DNA from: a virus
DNA: 64,000 bases
Strand: one strand, 5' to 3'
Virus record (IMG/VR): IMGVR_UViG_3300037264_003623
Span: 1-64,000 of that record
In this document: piece after piece, positions 60,959 through 64,000 of the stretch
Numbering within the stretch: position 1 is the first letter of the stretch
Layout: each line of letters starts with the position of its first letter
The notes under the pieces: model-generated
Databases searched by the model: none
Told to the model about the DNA's origin: nothing
What the model saw: the letters and a program-made list of their open reading frames with translations, nothing else
Position numbers and translations under genes: made by a program

Positions 60959-61222
60959 ATGACCGAATCCAAGGGAGAGCCGACGGGATTCCTGGCGGGG
61001 AAGCGGTACCGCAGGATGGCGCTGGCGCAGCACGTCATGGTGGTCGCCGTGTTCGACCTGGAAGTGGGGGACTGGTCGGCCTACATCGACGCCGTGCCGG
61101 GGAACGACCACGCGGCGGAGTGGGGGTCCGTGGTGGACCATGGCGACAAGATCCCGAAGGACGTAGCGGCGGTGCTGTTCCCCGGCCTCGCGGCGGACAA
61201 GGGGCTGAAGTGGAGAGAGTGA
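60959..61222 (+). CDS. Hypothetical protein
   Basis: DWSAYI...G.K; SD AGGAG. Confidence 0.7.
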   Translation: MTESKGEPTGFLAGKRYRRMALAQHVMVVAVFDLEVGDWSAYIDAVPGNDHAAEWGSVVDHGDKIPKDVAAVLFPGLAADKGLKWRE

Positions 61223-61488
61223 CGGAGGAAGAGATGGCCTTGCCGATGGAAGGGGCGAAGCTCGACCTCTGCCGGGAGGCGGTGAAGACGCTCCCCGAGA
61301 GGGCCTGTGCCTACTACGCCGAGAGGTTTCGGCGGGGTTTCATGGAACAACATCGCCCAAGCCCCGACGACGCGGCCCTGGAGATCTACCGCTACGCCTT
61401 CTTAGGGGAGAAGCCCCCGAGGCGGTTCCGTGAACTGGTCAGGCCGATCCTGGTGGCGTTGAGGTTCGCGGCAGATGGAGATGATTGA
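61219..61488 (+). CDS. Hypothetical protein
   Basis: GTGA coupling. Confidence 0.6.
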   Translation: MTEEEMALPMEGAKLDLCREAVKTLPERACAYYAERFRRGFMEQHRPSPDDAALEIYRYAFLGEKPPRRFRELVRPILVALRFAADGDD

Positions 61489-61741
61489 GATCCTGCGGCG
61501 GCTGGGTACCGTCGAGAAGAGGAAGGGGGGAGTCCTGCGAGACGGGATGCAGATAGGGATGATCCGTCTTGTTCTTTTCTCGGACGGGAGCGGGGAGGTG
61601 CAGGCGGACTGGGCCAAGTATGACGAGGAAATGTGCCGGGAGGAGAAACTTCTTCATGCGATATTCTCGGTCGACGGTCCTATCTTCGAGTTTGAGAAGA
61701 TCGAGCAGTTAGAGGCGTGGCTGGTGGAGCAGAGCGGATGA
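61475..61741 (+). CDS. Hypothetical protein
   Basis: Part of a coupled gene run. Confidence 0.6.
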   Translation: MEMIEILRRLGTVEKRKGGVLRDGMQIGMIRLVLFSDGSGEVQADWAKYDEEMCREEKLLHAIFSVDGPIFEFEKIEQLEAWLVEQSG

Positions 61742-62025
61742 ATGAGCATGGAGGGCCGGACTCGAAGGTGATGTCCAGGTGGGAGGAGTGCTACTTCGCC
61801 GCCAAGGATCTCCCGTCGTTTGTCTGCGTCCGTCTTGCCAGGAGGACTCGGGCGAGGATGAACTGGACGGCGGGGGGGTCGACGGAGAGCGTTGCGGCCT
61901 CGGAGATCTACGCGATCGCCTTCGAGGGGGTTCCGATCCTTCGTAGCGTCGAGGAGCATCTTCAGCCGGTCCTCGACCGGCTCAGGGCGTTGCAAGTGGC
62001 CGAGAGGATGATGGGCGATGAGTAG
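61738..62025 (+). CDS. Hypothetical protein
   Basis: ATGA coupling. Confidence 0.6.
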   Translation: MNEHGGPDSKVMSRWEECYFAAKDLPSFVCVRLARRTRARMNWTAGGSTESVAASEIYAIAFEGVPILRSVEEHLQPVLDRLRALQVAERMMGDE

Positions 62026-62254
62026 AGACCTCAAGTGCAGGACATGCGGGGAGTGGATGAAGGAGATTGCCTGTCACGAGGACTCCAACGCTCGCGACTG
62101 GATCACGATGTGGTGCCCGGAGTGCGGGACCATCTGCGGATCCTTCGAGTCGGTGTCAGGTCCGCAGGATTACCACTGGGAGTTCCCGAAGATGGCATCC
62201 CTCCCCGAGGTCGGGGCCGCACTTTCTCTCATGCGTGACAGGAACAAGGGTTGA
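62018..62254 (+). CDS. Zn-ribbon protein
   Basis: CRTCG...WCPECG. Confidence 0.65.
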   Translation: MSRDLKCRTCGEWMKEIACHEDSNARDWITMWCPECGTICGSFESVSGPQDYHWEFPKMASLPEVGAALSLMRDRNKG

Positions 62255-62278
62255 CGGAGAGGCGAAACCGCCTATAAT
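62251..62278 (+). promoter_or_regulatory. Promoter TTGACG-N16-TATAAT upstream of the tRNA array
   Basis: Consensus match. Confidence 0.75.
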
Positions 62279-62460
62279 AGGGTCATGAAGATCGGTGCTG
62301 ACATCCGCGAGGGAAACCGGGGGGCGGCCACGCTCCTCTGGTCCAGCACCACGCCAACATCATGCCTTAGCTTCCACTACCCGCTGTCCTTGTAGGGCCG
62401 CCAGGCCTCTTCGACTCGGTTCCTTGGTCTGGCGGCGGAAACCCCTTCGGGAACCACTGC

Positions 62461-62545
62461 GGGCAGGTCGGATAGCGGCAAGTCCACCTGGCTGTAAACC
62501 AGGCGCCTCAGGCTTACGTGAGTTCGAGTCTCACCCTGCCCACCA
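62461..62545 (+). tRNA. tRNA-Tyr(GTA)
   Basis: GGGCAGG/CCTGCCC, CCTGG-CTGTAAA-CCAGG, long variable arm, CCA. Confidence 0.92.
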
Positions 62546-62620
62546 CGCGCTGTGGCCCAGTCTGGCTAGGGCGCCTGCTTCGGGAGCAGGAAAACGCCGG
62601 TTCGATTCCGGCCAGCGCGA
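62546..62620 (+). tRNA. tRNA-Pro(CGG)
   Basis: CGCGCTG/CAGCGCG, CCTGC-TTCGGGA-GCAGG. Confidence 0.92.
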
Positions 62621-62621
62621 T

Positions 62622-62698
62622 GCTGGGATAGCTCAGACGGTAGTAGCACTGGACTGAAAATCCAGGTGTCGCCGGTTCGATTCCGGCTCCCAGCGCCA
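62622..62698 (+). tRNA. tRNA-Phe(GAA)
   Basis: GCTGGGA/TCCCAGC, CTGGA-CTGAAAA-TCCAG, CCA. Confidence 0.9.
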
Positions 62699-62786
62699 GC
62701 GGAAGTGGCGGAACGGCTAACGCACCCGGTTCAAGGCCGGGCGGCTCGAAAGGGCCTTGCGGGTTCGAGTCCCGCCTTCCGCACCA
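62699..62786 (+). tRNA. tRNA-Leu(CAA)
   Basis: GCGGAAG/CTTCCGC, CCCGG-TTCAAGG-CCGGG, long variable arm. Confidence 0.92.
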
Positions 62787-62870
62787 GGGCGAGTGGTGGA
62801 GTTGGCAGACACCTGTGTTTGAGGGGCACAGGCCCGAAAGGGCATGCGGGTTCGACCCCCGCCTCGCCCA
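62787..62870 (+). tRNA. tRNA-Leu(GAG)
   Basis: GGGCGAG/CTCGCCC, TGTGT-TTGAGGG-GCACA. Confidence 0.88.
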
Positions 62871-62872
62871 TT

Positions 62873-62906
62873 GCCGGGGTGGTGAAGTTGGCAGACGCGC
62901 TGGCAT
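62873..62906 (+). tRNA. 5' half of a split tRNA-Leu
   Basis: GCCGGGG acceptor strand, D arm, CTGGC anticodon strand; partner at 63584-63638. Confidence 0.8.
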
Positions 62907-62990
62907 GTTGGAGTGGCGTAATGGCTAACGCACCGGACTCAGGATCCGGGTCCGAAAGGACACCTGTGGGTTCGACTCCCACCTCCGACA
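62907..62990 (+). tRNA. tRNA-Leu(CAG), nested inside the split tRNA
   Basis: GTTGGAG/CTCCGAC, CCGGA-CTCAGGA-TCCGG. Confidence 0.9.
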
Positions 62991-63053
62991 TTAAAGACTT
63001 GGCAGACTCATAGGAACGGGTTATAATATGTCGTCCAAGTAGGAGGACGACAG

Positions 63054-63587
63054 ATGAGAAGGGAAGAGGATCTGCGAAGGGTGGTTTCCGAGTGCGTGTC
63101 TTTTGCCCAGGTTCTTCGACGTTTGGGATTGAAGCAGGCTGGCGGAAGTCAGAGCGAGTTGAAGAAGAGGGTGGAGGCGCTCGGGATAAGCACAAGTCAT
63201 TTCCTTGGCAGGAGGACGAACTCGGGGGCGCACCATCGCGGCGGGTGCCCCAAGAAGGCTTGCTCGGAGGTATTGGTTCGTAGCGTGAGGCGGCATCCCT
63301 ACCTTCTTCGCCGGGCCTTGCTCGAATCGGGGAGGGAGTACCGCTGCCAAGGAGACGGTTGCCCGGTAAGGGATGAATGGCTTGGGAAGAAGATCGTCTT
63401 GCAGGTGGATCACGTTGATGGAGACAGGAGCAACAATAGGGCTTCCAACCTTCGATTCCTTTGCCCCAACTGTCATTCGCAGACAGGCAACTGGGGAAAG
63501 AACGAAGGGGGAACGGATCTGACCACTAACGCGAGGCAGTGCCAGAACTGGAGACGGAAACGCCGGGAAGCATCGGGCACGGTTTGA
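63054..63587 (+). CDS. HNH endonuclease
   Basis: LQVDHVDGDRSNNRASNLRFLCPNCHSQT; own promoter TTGGCA-N17-TATAAT (62999-63027) and SD AGGAGG. Confidence 0.92.
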   Translation: MRREEDLRRVVSECVSFAQVLRRLGLKQAGGSQSELKKRVEALGISTSHFLGRRTNSGAHHRGGCPKKACSEVLVRSVRRHPYLLRRALLESGREYRCQGDGCPVRDEWLGKKIVLQVDHVDGDRSNNRASNLRFLCPNCHSQTGNWGKNEGGTDLTTNARQCQNWRRKRREASGTV

Positions 63588-63638
63588 GGAGCCAGTGCCC
63601 GAAAGGGCGTGCGAGTTCGACCCTCGCCCCCGGCACCA
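63584..63638 (+). tRNA. 3' half of the split tRNA-Leu(GAG)
   Basis: TTGAGGA loop, GCCAG, variable arm GCCC-GAAA-GGGC, T arm, CCCCGGC-ACCA. Confidence 0.8.
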
Positions 63639-63639
63639 T

Positions 63640-63713
63640 GTGGTCGTGGTCCAGCGGTAGGGCGCTTGGTTGTGCCCCAAGAGATGGCGGTTCGACTCCG
63701 CCCGATCACCCCA
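63640..63713 (+). tRNA. tRNA-His(GTG)
   Basis: GTGGTCG/CGATCAC, C73, CTTGG-TTGTGCC-CCAAG, CCA. Confidence 0.85.
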
Positions 63714-63789
63714 GCCCTCGTAGCTCAGTTGGTAGAGCGGCGCTTTCGTAAAGCGCAGGCCGCAGGTCCGATGCCTGCCGGGGGCTCCA
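63714..63789 (+). tRNA. tRNA-Thr(CGT)
   Basis: GCCCTCG/CGGGGGC, GCGCT-TTCGTAA-AGCGC, atypical T loop TCCGATG, CCA. Confidence 0.82.
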
Positions 63790-64000
63790 GGGGCATGGAA
63801 ATCGCGGATAGCCTATCCGCGCCGCTATACCGCATCTATATCCGGAACGGTGAGTTCACCCCTCGGGACCTACCCCCGGCGATCTTTTTCCCCCTTCTCC
63901 AGATGTGGATTCCTGTCGAACTTCGCACTTCTCGCGGAATAGGAGGGAATCAGAGGACGATTCCTGTAAGAAACGCGATCGACAGGTGTTCAGGAGGGAT

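Noticed and set aside
62907-63585. Group I intron in tRNA-Leu
   Set aside because: The insert is almost fully accounted for by tRNA, promoter and ORF. No P7 core or U-G 5' splice site with terminal G is visible.
63790-64000. tmRNA 5' end or a CDS from ATG 63796
   Set aside because: The GGGGC start and the open frame are suggestive, but the window ends and no diagnostic motif is visible.

Overview
A 64-kb segment of a large, high-GC tailed bacteriophage genome (or its prophage/plasmid form). Nearly all genes are on the + strand, and no capsid, tail, lysis or integrase gene lies in the window. (1) 1-32 kb is a replication and recombination block: an HTH initiator with internal 22-bp iteron-like repeats, a DnaC-like loader, class II RNR, DnaB helicase, primase, gp32-like SSB, family A DNA polymerase, SF2 helicase, RecA/UvsX, and Hjc- and Cas4-like nucleases. 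It carries five inteins, several free-standing HNH genes and two transposase-less TnpB elements. (2) 32-40 kb holds small hypothetical genes, a Pol-beta-type nucleotidyltransferase and an AAA+ ATPase. (3) 40.8-51.8 kb is a cluster of proteins sharing a 19-residue Lys-terminated leader and short repeated peptide tags (GTSEGAKxGWETRR, HPRxxxGxF) fused to effector-like domains, including two tandem kinase/partner pairs and a JAB-like domain. I interpret it as a protease-processed virion-cargo system. (4) 52-62 kb holds small early-type genes behind strong sigma70-like promoters, DUF1643, an HD-like protein and RNase HII. (5) tRNA genes lie at 14.3-15.6 kb, 59.6 kb and 62.5-63.8 kb. The most striking observations are the tagged cargo cluster, a tRNA-Leu split at its anticodon loop by a nested tRNA plus HNH gene, an endonuclease encoded out of frame inside the PolA intein, and endonuclease genes whose 3' ends overlap and rebuild their target genes. 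All calls come from reading motifs by eye; no database searches were run.
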